NCBI GenBank assembly: GCA_051005615.1
Contig: JBPCJE010000026.1
Coordinates: forward strand, 25,454 to 89,453
DNA from: Aeromicrobium sp.
GTDB taxonomy: Bacteria > Actinomycetota > Actinomycetes > Propionibacteriales > Nocardioidaceae
Direction: 5' to 3'
DNA length: 64,000 nt
Positions 19,173-31,313 of this stretch are shown piece by piece. The notes below the pieces were generated by a model. The model did not search any database, had not been told where the DNA came from, and saw only the letters and a program-made list of their open reading frames with translations. The stretch's first letter is position 1, and the number at the start of each line of letters is the position of its first letter. A program made the translations under genes and the position numbers.

Positions 19173-19835
19173 CTACTTCGGCGAGAGCAGCTGACCGAGG
19201 TGGTCCTCGGCGTCCTCGGGCGAGACGAACAGCAGCTCGTCGCCCGACTCCAGCGAACGGTCGCTGTCGGGAGTCTGGATGGCGTTGTCGCGCAGGATCG
19301 CCACCAGCACGACGTCGTCGGGCCACGGCACGTCGGCGACGCGGTGACCGATGAACGGCGAGTCGTCAGGCATCGTGAGCTCGACCAGGTTGGTGTTGCT
19401 CTGGCGGAACGTGAACAACCGCACCAGGTCGCCGACCGTGACGGCCTCCTCGACGAGGGCCGACATCATCCGTGGTGTCGAGACGGACACGTCGACGCCC
19501 CACGAGTCGCTGAACAGCCACTCGTTGCCGGGATGGTTGACGCGCCCGACGGTGCGGGGCACGGAGAACTCGGTTTTGGCGAGCAGGGAGATGACCAGGT
19601 TGGCCTTGTCGTCGCCGGTGGACGCGATGACGACGTCGCACGACTCGAGCTCGGCCTCCTCCAGGGAGGAGAGCTCGCAGGCGTCGGCCAGCAGCCATTG
19701 GGCGTCGGGCACGAGATCGGAGCGGATGGCGGCCGGCGTCTTGTCGATGAGCAGCACTTGGTGCCCGTTGTCGACGAGCTCGAGAGCGACGCTGCGTCCG
19801 ACCGCTCCGGCTCCGGCGATGGCGACCCGCATCAC
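19173..19835 (-). CDS. trkA: TrkA-family RCK potassium-uptake protein (CeoC-like)
   Basis: GAGAVG Rossmann motif, TGDDKANL and TrkA_C domain. Confidence 0.92.
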   Translation of the reverse strand: MMRVAIAGAGAVGRSVALELVDNGHQVLLIDKTPAAIRSDLVPDAQWLLADACELSSLEEAELESCDVVIASTGDDKANLVISLLAKTEFSVPRTVGRVNHPGNEWLFSDSWGVDVSVSTPRMMSALVEEAVTVGDLVRLFTFRQSNTNLVELTMPDDSPFIGHRVADVPWPDDVVLVAILRDNAIQTPDSDRSLESGDELLFVSPEDAEDHLGQLLSPK

Positions 19836-20494
19836 TCGTCCTCCGGTCCGGCGTCCAGCGCCGCGTGGGCGTCGTCGGAGGCGTCCTCACGCATGAACAC
19901 GCTGAGGTAGTCGCCCTCCTGGAGAACCGTGTCGCTGCTCACGATGAGTCCGGATCCCAGCCGGGTCATGAAGGCGACACGCACCCCGGCCTGCGTCTCG
20001 AGGTCGAAGATCTCGTGGCCGATCCAGGCCGCGGGTGCGTAGATGTTGTCAAGGCGGATCTCGCCTGATGGGTCGCGCCAGGCCGGCTCCGATCCGGCCG
20101 GCAGCAGCCGTCGGAGCACCTGGTCGGCGGCCCACGGAACAGTGGCCACGGTGGGAACACCGAGGCGCTCGTAGACCTCCGCGCGGCCCGGGTCGTAGAT
20201 GCGGGCGACGACGTTCTCGACCGAGAACTGCTCACGCGCCACCCGCGCGGAGATGATGTTGGAGTTGTCGCCGCTGGAGACGGCCGCGAAGCCGTCCGCC
20301 TTCTCGATGCCGGCTTCCTCGAGGACCCCCCGGTCGAAGCCCACGCCGGTGACCGTCACACCGCTGAAGCTCGGGCCGAGACGCCTGAACGCATCGGGGT
20401 TGGAGTCGATGACCGCGGTGGTGTGACCCCGGTCCTCCAGCAGGCGGGTGAGGGTGGAGCCGACACGCCCGCACCCCATGATCACGATGTGCAC
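19832..20494 (-). CDS. trkA: TrkA-family RCK potassium-uptake protein (CeoB-like)
   Basis: GCGRVG, SSGDNSNI and VARIYDP motifs. Confidence 0.92.
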   Translation of the reverse strand: MHIVIMGCGRVGSTLTRLLEDRGHTTAVIDSNPDAFRRLGPSFSGVTVTGVGFDRGVLEEAGIEKADGFAAVSSGDNSNIISARVAREQFSVENVVARIYDPGRAEVYERLGVPTVATVPWAADQVLRRLLPAGSEPAWRDPSGEIRLDNIYAPAAWIGHEIFDLETQAGVRVAFMTRLGSGLIVSSDTVLQEGDYLSVFMREDASDDAHAALDAGPEDE

Positions 20495-20585
20495 GCACGA
20501 GACGCTACACCGGGTGCGGCGGGCGCGTCGGGGCATGGGCGGCCAGAGGCGATGCGGCCCCGTGGCCGGGTCTACGATCATCGCC

Positions 20586-22595
20586 GTGGGCATCGTCGAC
20601 TTCGGCAAGCGAGCACTCGTCGGGCGCAAGCTCCGCAGCACCCAGTTGGGCGAGACCTTGCTCCCCAAGCGTGTCGCGCTGCCGGTCTTCGCCAGCGACG
20701 CGTTGTCGTCGGTGGCGTACGCACCGGACGAGATCTTCCTGACGCTGTCACTCGGCGGCCTGACCGCCTACCAGTTCAACTGGCAGATCGGCATCGCCGT
20801 CGGGCTCGTCCTTCTCACGGTCGTCGCCTCGTACCGGCAGAACGTGCACGCCTATCCCAGCGGCGGCGGCGACTACGAGGTCGCCACCGTGAACCTCGGG
20901 CGCAACGCCGGGCTCACGGTCGGCAGCGCCCTGCTCGTCGACTACGTCCTCACCGTCGCGGTGTCGGTCTCGGCGGGCGTGCAGAACGCCGCATCCGCGC
21001 TGCCGTGGCTGGCGGGCCACGAGGCCTTGACCGCGACCGGCCTGGTCGTGCTCCTGATGGCGATGAACCTGCGGGGCGTCAAGGAGTCCGGTACGGCGTT
21101 CGCGGTGCCGAGCTACCTGTTCATGGTCGCCATCATCATGATGGGCTTCTGGGGGTACGCCAGGTTCCTGTTCGGAGACCTCCCGACCACCGAGAGCGCG
21201 AAGTTCGACCTTGCCGCCGAGGCGCCGTACGACACGGCCCTCACCGGCATCGCGATGGTGTTCCTGCTGACCCGGGCGTTCTCGTCCGGGTGCGCCGCGC
21301 TCACCGGCATCGAGGCGATCAGCAACGGCGTCCCGGCCTTCCAGAAGCCCAAGAGCCGGAACGCGGCCACGACGCTGCTGCTGCTGGGCACGATCGCGGT
21401 CACGATGTTGATGAGCGTGATCGTGCTCGCCGACCTGATGCAGCTGCGCTATGCCGAGGACCCGGCGAGCCAGCTGCTGCTCGACGGCGAGCCGGTGGGT
21501 GAGGACTACCAGCAGCAGACCGTGATCGGCCAGCTCGCGAAAGCTCTGTACGCCGACTTCACGCCGCTGTTCTACTTCACCATCGCGTGCACCGGGATCA
21601 TCCTCATCCTGGCGGCCAACACGGCGTTCAACGGCTTCCCGGTGCTCGGCTCGATCCTCGCCCGCGACGGCTACCTTCCCCGGCAGCTCGACACGCGCGG
21701 CGACCGGCTCGCCTTCAGCAACGGCATCATCCTGCTGGCCGCTGCCGCGATCGTGCTGATCCTGGCGTTCGACGCCGAGGTCACCCGGTTGATCCAGCTC
21801 TACATCGTCGGGGTGTTCGTCTCGTTCGTGCTGAGCCAGACCGGCATGATCCGCCACTGGAACCGCCACCTGCGCACGGAGAAGGACCAGGGCGAGCGGC
21901 GGCGCATGGTGCGCTCCCGCGCGATCAACGCCATCGGCCTGGCCATGACCGCCACCGTGCTGGTCATCGTGCTCGCCACGAAGTTCCTCTCCGGCGCGTG
22001 GATCGCGATCCTCGCGATGGCCGTCATCTTCGTCGGCATGAAGGGCATCGAGCGTCACTACGCTCGCATCGCCGAGGAGCTGTTGATCGACGACGACGAC
22101 GTCATGCTGCCGTCACGCGTGCACGCCGTGGTGCTCATCGGCAAGCTCCACAAGCCCACGATGCGGGCGCTGGCCTACGCCCGCGTGTCGCGACCGAACA
22201 CCCTCGAAGCCCTCTATGTCGAGTTCGACCCCGGCCAGTCGGCGGAGCTGCGTGCGAAGTGGAGCGAGCTCGGCATCCCGGTGCCGCTGAAGATCATCTC
22301 CTCCCCGTATCGCGAGCTCGTGCGTCCGGTCGTCCGGTACGTGAAGGAGATCCGCAAGAGCAGCCCGCGCGACGTCGTCACCGTCTACATCCCGGAGTAC
22401 GTGGTCGGGCGCTGGTGGGAGCAGATCCTGCACAACCAGACCGCGCTGAGGCTCAAGGGCCGGCTGCTGTTCATGCCCGGCGTCATGGTCACGAGCGTCC
22501 CGTACCAGCTGCAGTCCGCCGGCCGGGTGAAGTCACGGCCCGACCGCCCGGTGCCCGGAGACGTCCGACGCGGCTTCGGCGACCGGGATGAGTGA
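20586..22595 (+). CDS. APC-superfamily transporter (KimA/YdaO-like K+ transporter)
   Basis: ASDALSSVAYA, YPSGGG.Y, GCAALTGIEAISNGV and cytosolic C-terminal LHNQTAL.LK. Confidence 0.88.
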   Translation: MGIVDFGKRALVGRKLRSTQLGETLLPKRVALPVFASDALSSVAYAPDEIFLTLSLGGLTAYQFNWQIGIAVGLVLLTVVASYRQNVHAYPSGGGDYEVATVNLGRNAGLTVGSALLVDYVLTVAVSVSAGVQNAASALPWLAGHEALTATGLVVLLMAMNLRGVKESGTAFAVPSYLFMVAIIMMGFWGYARFLFGDLPTTESAKFDLAAEAPYDTALTGIAMVFLLTRAFSSGCAALTGIEAISNGVPAFQKPKSRNAATTLLLLGTIAVTMLMSVIVLADLMQLRYAEDPASQLLLDGEPVGEDYQQQTVIGQLAKALYADFTPLFYFTIACTGIILILAANTAFNGFPVLGSILARDGYLPRQLDTRGDRLAFSNGIILLAAAAIVLILAFDAEVTRLIQLYIVGVFVSFVLSQTGMIRHWNRHLRTEKDQGERRRMVRSRAINAIGLAMTATVLVIVLATKFLSGAWIAILAMAVIFVGMKGIERHYARIAEELLIDDDDVMLPSRVHAVVLIGKLHKPTMRALAYARVSRPNTLEALYVEFDPGQSAELRAKWSELGIPVPLKIISSPYRELVRPVVRYVKEIRKSSPRDVVTVYIPEYVVGRWWEQILHNQTALRLKGRLLFMPGVMVTSVPYQLQSAGRVKSRPDRPVPGDVRRGFGDRDE

Positions 22596-23793
22596 CGATT
22601 TGCCCGTTGTCGACGTCGGCCCCGTGGCGCACGGGGGCCATTGCGTGGCGCGTCTCGACGGGCAGGTCGTGTTCGTCCGGCACACCTTGCCCGGCGAACG
22701 TGTGCGCATTCGCATCACCGAGCGGAGCAAGCGGTTCCTGCGGGCCGACGCCGTCGAGGTGCTCGAGCCCGCCTCCGACCGGGTCGAGGCCCCGTGCCGC
22801 TACACCGGCGACTGCGGCGGGTGCGACTTCCAGCACGTGTCGCCGGCCGGTCAGCGCCGGTTGCTCACGGCTGTCGTGCGCGAGCAGATGGAGCGGCTGG
22901 CCGGGCTGGCGTGGGACGGCGAGGTCGAGGCCGTCGAGCCCGACGACCTCGGTTGGCGGACCCGGTTCGCGTTCGCGGTGGACGATGCGGGCCGTCCCGG
23001 CCTGCGACGTCACCGCTCGCACGAGGTCGTGCCGATCGCGGAGTGCCTCATTGCCCACGCCGCCCTGCCGCAGGTGCTCGACCGCACCTGGGACTCGGAA
23101 TCGGTCGAAGCCATCATCTCGTCCACGGGCGAGCGCCTCCTCGTCACCGACGCGACCATTTCCGACGAGGTCGAGCGCGAGGTCGACGGTGTCGTCGCGG
23201 TCGACGGCACCGTTCGGGGCGGGCGCGGTGCTCTCACCGAGCAGGTGCACGATGCTGTGCTGCGGGTGTCCGGCTCGGGGTTCTGGCAGGTGCACCCGGC
23301 TGCCGCCACCACGTTGGTCGACGCGGTGCTGGACGCCGCACAGCTGCGTGCCGGCGACGCCGTCGTCGATCTCTACGCGGGTGCCGGGCTGTTCACGTCA
23401 TTCGTCGCCGAGGTCGTGGGGGAGCGGGGCAAGGTGGTGAGCGTCGAGTCCGACCACCGGGCGGCCAGGGACGCCCGCCGCAACCTGCACGACCGACCGC
23501 AGGTCGAGCTGGTCAATGCCAAGGTCGAGCGCGCGCTCACCTCCGGACAGGTCGGCGCCGCTGCCGACGTCGTGGTGCTCGACCCGCCGCGGTCCGGGGC
23601 CAAGTCGGCGGTTGCCGGCATCGCTGCCCTCACCCCACGGCGCATCGTCTACGTGGCGTGCGACCCTGCAGCGCTCGCCCGCGACGTCGCGACGTTCGCC
23701 GATCTCGGGTACCGGCTCGGTGCACTCCGCGCCTTCGCGATGTTCCCGATGACGCATCACGTGGAGTGTGTCGCGACGCTCGTGCCCCACTGA
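22588..23793 (+). CDS. TRAM-domain RNA (uracil-5)-methyltransferase, RlmD/TrmA family
   Basis: TRAM domain, C..CGGC cluster, FWQVH, DLYAGAG, DPPRSG, YVACDP and FPMTHHVEC. Confidence 0.92.
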   Translation: MSDDLPVVDVGPVAHGGHCVARLDGQVVFVRHTLPGERVRIRITERSKRFLRADAVEVLEPASDRVEAPCRYTGDCGGCDFQHVSPAGQRRLLTAVVREQMERLAGLAWDGEVEAVEPDDLGWRTRFAFAVDDAGRPGLRRHRSHEVVPIAECLIAHAALPQVLDRTWDSESVEAIISSTGERLLVTDATISDEVEREVDGVVAVDGTVRGGRGALTEQVHDAVLRVSGSGFWQVHPAAATTLVDAVLDAAQLRAGDAVVDLYAGAGLFTSFVAEVVGERGKVVSVESDHRAARDARRNLHDRPQVELVNAKVERALTSGQVGAAADVVVLDPPRSGAKSAVAGIAALTPRRIVYVACDPAALARDVATFADLGYRLGALRAFAMFPMTHHVECVATLVPH

Positions 23794-23811
23794 GTGCTTC
23801 ACAGTGTGACC

Positions 23812-26364
23812 ATGGGATTTGCCGACCCGTCGGTCTGTCCGAGCTGCCGCGGCAGGATCGACCGGGTCACCCGGTGCCCGCACTGCGGCCTCGACCTCAC
23901 CACGCACGAGATCCAGCAGGCCTGGCAGGCGCTGGTGGTCGCCGACCAGTGGATCGACCGCGCCCGCACGCTTCAGCCCGCGTCTGCGGAGCCGGCGGCG
24001 ACCGACCTCCCCACGGCGCCCGCGATCCCGCCACCGCCGCGACGCCGATCCGTATCTGCCGGCTCCGTGCTCCTGGGCCTCGGCGCGGTCTTCCTCCTGG
24101 TCGCCGGGAGCATCTTCATCTCCGTCTCGTGGGGTTCCCTCGGTGTGCTCGGCCGAGCCCTCGTGCTGCTGGCCGTGACCGCCCTGATCGGCGCCATCGG
24201 CTGGTTCGTCACCCGACGCGGCCTGCGGGCATCCGCCGAGGCCTTGTGGACGGTGTTCTTCGGGCTGCTGACGCTCGACTGGTTCGCCGCCCGTGACCAG
24301 GGACTGGCCGGTCTCGACACCCTGCCGTTCGGTGCTGCAGCCGCGGTGTGGGGAGCCCTCGTGATCGGTGCCGGCCTGGTCGTGGTGCGGACCGGTCGCC
24401 GGCACCTCGCGAGAGAGCTGCTCGCCCCCTCGATCATCGCGGGTGCCGCTGCCTGGTTCGCGGCCGGAAGCCTCGGCGTCGAGATCGACACCACGGAGAC
24501 CGCGTTCTGGCCTGCGGTGCTGGCCACCGCGGTGGTGGCGGCCGCCGGTGAGGTCCTGCGACGGGGTTCCGCACGGGTGGGAGCGTGGATCGGCGTGGCC
24601 GGCGTGGCCGTCTTCGGGCTGTTCGCGATCGGGTCGGCGGTCGCCGAAGCCGTCGACCACCCGTCCCTGCGTGAGCTCGTCGTCGATGTCCGCGGCCTGC
24701 CCCTTCTGCTCGTGGTCGTCGCGGCGATGGTGGGCGGCATCCTTGTCACCCGATCGCGGTGGGCGGCCTCGGCGATCGCGCTGGCGGGAGCCGCCACCCT
24801 CGTCTGTCTCCCGATCCAGGCCGCCTCGCCGGAGCGGGGCGGGTTCGTCGCCGTCGCCGGTCTCGTGGCACTCGGGGCCTGGATGTCCGCCCGCGAAGGC
24901 GACTGGTTCCGCGGCGCCCGTCTGACCGTGGCTCTCGGTGCGATCGGGCTCGCGCTCGCCGCCTCGCCCTGGATCGCGCGGCTGCTTGCAGTCGTCGCGG
25001 AAGGCGCCTCGGCGTCACGGGCGCAGGATCTCGCCACCCGACTGCGCCCCGAGGAAGTGCCAGAAATCGGACCGGCGTGGGTGGCCGCGGTCGTGGCCGC
25101 GGGCCTCGTGCTCGCGCTCGTGACTGCACGTCGGTGGCCGGAAGCTGCGCAAGCGCGGGCCCATCTGCTGCCGGCCGCGTGGTGCACCGGAGCGGCGGGC
25201 GCTCTCGGCCTGGCCGCGACACTCGACCCGCCTGCCGTGGCCATCGGCGGCGCGCTCGTCGCCGGCGGCGCCCTGCTTGCACTCGTGCTCACGGATGCTG
25301 CCGGATGGCGTTGGGTGGGCCCAACGGTGGTGGCGATCGCCCCGCTGGCGACGCTGTCGTCCTGGCCGGCAGCCGTCATCGTCTGGCCGCTCGCAGGCAT
25401 CGCCCTGGCCGTCGTGGCGTCCCGTGCACGCAAGGTCGAGCTGCATCTCGCCTCGGCTTTCGTGGGGACGGCCTGGGGCCTCGGCACGACGGCGGCGGTT
25501 CTCGAGCTGATCGACGGAGATGACCGGTGGACCGCTCTCGGTCTCGTCGTCGCCGGCTTGGTCGGTCTCGCCGTATCGCTGTTCACGGTGCGCGACGACC
25601 TGACCCACGTCTCCGTCGAGACCGCGTCGGCGGGTCTCGGGGTGATCGGTATCACGATCGGCAGCGTCGTGTCGACGCTCGGCTTCGCGGCGCTGACGTG
25701 GACGGTCGCCGGTGCCGGGGTGGTCGTGCTCGGGCTGGCTTCACCACGACGCGCTTGGTACCGCTGGGTCGGCGCGGCGCTTCTCGGGACGGCATACGTG
25801 CTGCGTCTCGCGGCGAGCGACGTCGAGGTGGTCGAGGCGTACACCCTGCCGTTCGCCGTCCTCCTGCTGGCCGCGGGGCTGTGGGCGATGCGGGACGACT
25901 CCGCTGTTCGCCGCCCGGAGCCCGGCACCCCCGCCGAGCTGGACGTTCGCCGCCCGGAGCCCGACACCCACGCCGAGCTGGACGTTCGCCGCCTGGAGCC
26001 GAACACCCCCGCCGGGAGCCCGGGTTCGGTGCGAGCACTCCTGCCCGGCGTGATCCTGGCGCTGCTGCCCAGCCTCCCCGAGGCGCTCGACGAGCCGACC
26101 GGGCTGCGGGCCCTGCTCCTGGGCATCGGAGCGGCGCTCGCGCTCGCGGTCGGCACGTGGCGACGCTGGAAGGTGCCGTTCATCGGCGGCGCGGTCGTGC
26201 TCGCACTGTTGGTGCTGGTCAACGTCGGACCACTGACGCTCGCGATGCCGCGCTGGGTGCTCATCGCCTCGGTCGGAGCGGTGCTGCTTGCGGCCGGAAT
26301 CACCTGGGAGGACCGGGTGCGCGACGGGCGGGCGGTCATCCGCCACGTCGGCTCGATGAGATGA
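23812..26364 (+). CDS. large multi-pass membrane protein (SCO7613 C-terminal/DUF2157-like) with N-terminal CxxC..CxxC
   Basis: CPSC..CPHC, LLGLGA.FLLVA..F..VSW, very many TM segments, VEAYTLP and PRW..G..LL..G.TWE. Confidence 0.8.
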   Translation: MGFADPSVCPSCRGRIDRVTRCPHCGLDLTTHEIQQAWQALVVADQWIDRARTLQPASAEPAATDLPTAPAIPPPPRRRSVSAGSVLLGLGAVFLLVAGSIFISVSWGSLGVLGRALVLLAVTALIGAIGWFVTRRGLRASAEALWTVFFGLLTLDWFAARDQGLAGLDTLPFGAAAAVWGALVIGAGLVVVRTGRRHLARELLAPSIIAGAAAWFAAGSLGVEIDTTETAFWPAVLATAVVAAAGEVLRRGSARVGAWIGVAGVAVFGLFAIGSAVAEAVDHPSLRELVVDVRGLPLLLVVVAAMVGGILVTRSRWAASAIALAGAATLVCLPIQAASPERGGFVAVAGLVALGAWMSAREGDWFRGARLTVALGAIGLALAASPWIARLLAVVAEGASASRAQDLATRLRPEEVPEIGPAWVAAVVAAGLVLALVTARRWPEAAQARAHLLPAAWCTGAAGALGLAATLDPPAVAIGGALVAGGALLALVLTDAAGWRWVGPTVVAIAPLATLSSWPAAVIVWPLAGIALAVVASRARKVELHLASAFVGTAWGLGTTAAVLELIDGDDRWTALGLVVAGLVGLAVSLFTVRDDLTHVSVETASAGLGVIGITIGSVVSTLGFAALTWTVAGAGVVVLGLASPRRAWYRWVGAALLGTAYVLRLAASDVEVVEAYTLPFAVLLLAAGLWAMRDDSAVRRPEPGTPAELDVRRPEPDTHAELDVRRLEPNTPAGSPGSVRALLPGVILALLPSLPEALDEPTGLRALLLGIGAALALAVGTWRRWKVPFIGGAVVLALLVLVNVGPLTLAMPRWVLIASVGAVLLAAGITWEDRVRDGRAVIRHVGSMR
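25906..26014 (+). repeat. 39-bp in-frame tandem repeat (~2.8 copies)
   Basis: gttcgccgcccggagcccggcacccccgccgagctggac unit encoding VRRPEPGTPAELD. Confidence 0.9.
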
Positions 26365-26415
26365 CTCACTGTTGCGGTGCTTGTTTCGACCTGACCATCG
26401 CGCCACAGTGATCAC

Positions 26416-27090
26416 ATGCCTGAGTTCAGGACAGTCCGGGAGCTGCGACGTGATGCCTTGGGACAGGACACGTTGTTGTTCTGCCTGGCGTTCAGCATCG
26501 GCGCTGCCACGTACGCGGCCGTCCGCGCCGTCGCCGACGGGTTGGCCGACTACTGGACGATCGGGTTGTCCGACGGACTCCTGCTGAGCGGTCTGGTAGC
26601 CGGTGAGCTGTTCCTGCTGTGGAACAACGGGTATCGCCAGGGCGTGCGCGGCCACAGCATCGGCAAGCACCGCCGCGGCATCGCCGTCGTCGACAGGGGC
26701 GACGATGCTCCCTCCGGAGCGGCGCGGGGTCTCGTCCGCGGATTGATCATGATCGTGCTGCTCGACCTGTCGGCCGCGGCGATCCCGATCGGCCTGCCCA
26801 CCGTGCTCCGCAGTGCGACGCCGGAGAGCTGGCACGTCGGCGCGACGGCATACATCGCCCTCATCGTGATCCTCGTGCCCCTGCTCCTGCCCACCGAGCG
26901 TGGCCTGGCCGACTGGCTGTTGCGCACCAAGGTGGTGCGGGCAACCGGTGCCGACGCCACGACGCGACCGTCCCGTCGCCGCGCCCTGGTCGCCCTCGAC
27001 GCGATCGGGGTGGTCGGGGTGCTCGCCGTTGCGGCCACGTACGTCGCGTTCTACTGGCCGTTGATCTGGCAGTTCCCCAGACTCTCGTGA
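26416..27090 (+). CDS. RDD family membrane protein
   Basis: QG..G.SIGK...GI.VV, RGL.R and RGLAD....TKVV pattern. Confidence 0.75.
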   Translation: MPEFRTVRELRRDALGQDTLLFCLAFSIGAATYAAVRAVADGLADYWTIGLSDGLLLSGLVAGELFLLWNNGYRQGVRGHSIGKHRRGIAVVDRGDDAPSGAARGLVRGLIMIVLLDLSAAAIPIGLPTVLRSATPESWHVGATAYIALIVILVPLLLPTERGLADWLLRTKVVRATGADATTRPSRRRALVALDAIGVVGVLAVAATYVAFYWPLIWQFPRLS

Positions 27091-27143
27091 AACAGGAACA
27101 GGCTCTCCTGACGCGGCCTGTCCAACCGCCACCCGCTCCGATG

Positions 27144-27161
27144 TATCTTGATATCGAGAGA
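27144..27161. promoter_or_regulatory. 18-bp palindrome upstream of acnA (TamR-like operator)
   Basis: TATCTTGATATCGAGAGA, an AT-rich near-palindrome in a GC-rich context. Confidence 0.6.
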
Positions 27162-27254
27162 CTTTCCACCTGCCGGTAAGGCAGACCTGATCTGGCGCAC
27201 AGGGGCGCTGCTCGGCAGGATGGGACCGGACCGACAGCGCGCAGAGGAGACATC

Positions 27255-30053
<2,799 letters not shown>

Positions 30054-30168
30054 CGGATCGTGCGCGGACCCACCCAAACGTCGGATTCGCGAATGGGTGA
30101 ATCGCCCGATGCCGTAGTGGCGTCGCCGTACCTAGCGTGGGAAACCTCCCCGACATCTGGAGGTCATC

Positions 30169-31274
30169 ATGTCCGTCGAACACGTCGAAACCCTCATCAT
30201 CGGAGCCGGTCAGGCCGGCCTCGCCACGGCTCGCAACCTGCAGCTCAGCGGCCGTAGCTGCCTCGTCATCGATGCGAACGAGCGTGTCGGCGACGGCTGG
30301 CGGCGGCAGTGGGACACCCTGGCGCTCTACAGCCCGGCGAAGTTCGACGGGCTGCCCGGCCTGCCGTTCCCCGCTCCGCCCTGGTCGTTCCCGGGCAAGG
30401 ACGACGTCGCGGACTATTTCGAGTCCTATGCGAAGCACTCGACCTGCCCGTCCGACTGAACACCCGGGTCGACCGCCTGACCGCCCATGGCGACGGGTAC
30501 GCCGCCGCGTGCGGAGAAGACACGATCCTGGCCGACAACGTCGTGGTGGCCACCGGGACGTTCGGTCGGACGCCGTACATGCCGGATTTCGCCGACGAGC
30601 TCGACCCGATGATCATGCAGATGCACTCGAGCGAGTACCGCCGCCCGGCGCAGCTGCGCGAGGGTCCGGTGCTCGTGGTGGGCGCGTCGCACTCCGGTGC
30701 GGACATCGCGTACGAGGTCGCCGCCGACCACCCGACCACCCTCTGCGGTCGCGACCCGGGCCAGATCCCCGTGCGGCTGACCTCGCCGATGTTCAAGGTC
30801 GTCTTCCCGATCCTGCTTTTCATCTTCAAGCACGTGATGACCCGCAGGACCCCGATGGGCCGCCACATGATGGAGGACGTCCGGTTCCACGGCGGGCCGA
30901 TGCTGCGCGTCAAGCGGTCAGACCTGCTCGCGCGCGGCGTCGAGCGGCTCCCCGAGCGGGTCGTCGGCGTTCAGGACGGACTCCCCGTCATCGAGGGCGG
31001 CCGGGTGCTCGACGTGGCGAACGTGGTCTGGTGCACCGGATTCCGTCAGGCCTTCGGATGGATCGACCTGCCGGTCTTCGGCGAGGACGGCTGGCCGAGG
31101 GAGATGCGCGGCGTCGTCGAGGCATCCCCGGGCCTATACTTCTGCGGACTCGGCTTCCAGTACGCCGCGGCCTCGATGTTCATCGCAGGTTCGGGCCGGG
31201 ACGCGGCCTTCGTCGCCGAGCACATGGTGAAGCGCACCACCGCGAGGACGACTCCCGCGGTCAGCACTATCTGA
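30169..31274 (+). pseudogene. flavin-containing monooxygenase/CzcO-like oxidoreductase, frameshifted near 30439
   Basis: GAGQAG and W..L.LYSP in the first frame. VATG, MHSSEY, VGASHSG and WCTGF in the second. One missing base (cac t[t]c gac) joins them. Confidence 0.75.
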
Positions 31275-31313
31275 CCGCGGGATTCCGGGCGTAACCTTCG
31301 CTTGGAGGTTGCG

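Noticed and set aside
20495-20585. Possible c-di-AMP (ydaO) riboswitch before the KimA-like transporter
   Set aside because: The spacer is only ~90 bp and both divergent genes look leaderless, leaving no room or motif
25906-26014. Direct repeats as a CRISPR array
   Set aside because: They are contiguous in-frame units with no spacers and no cas genes
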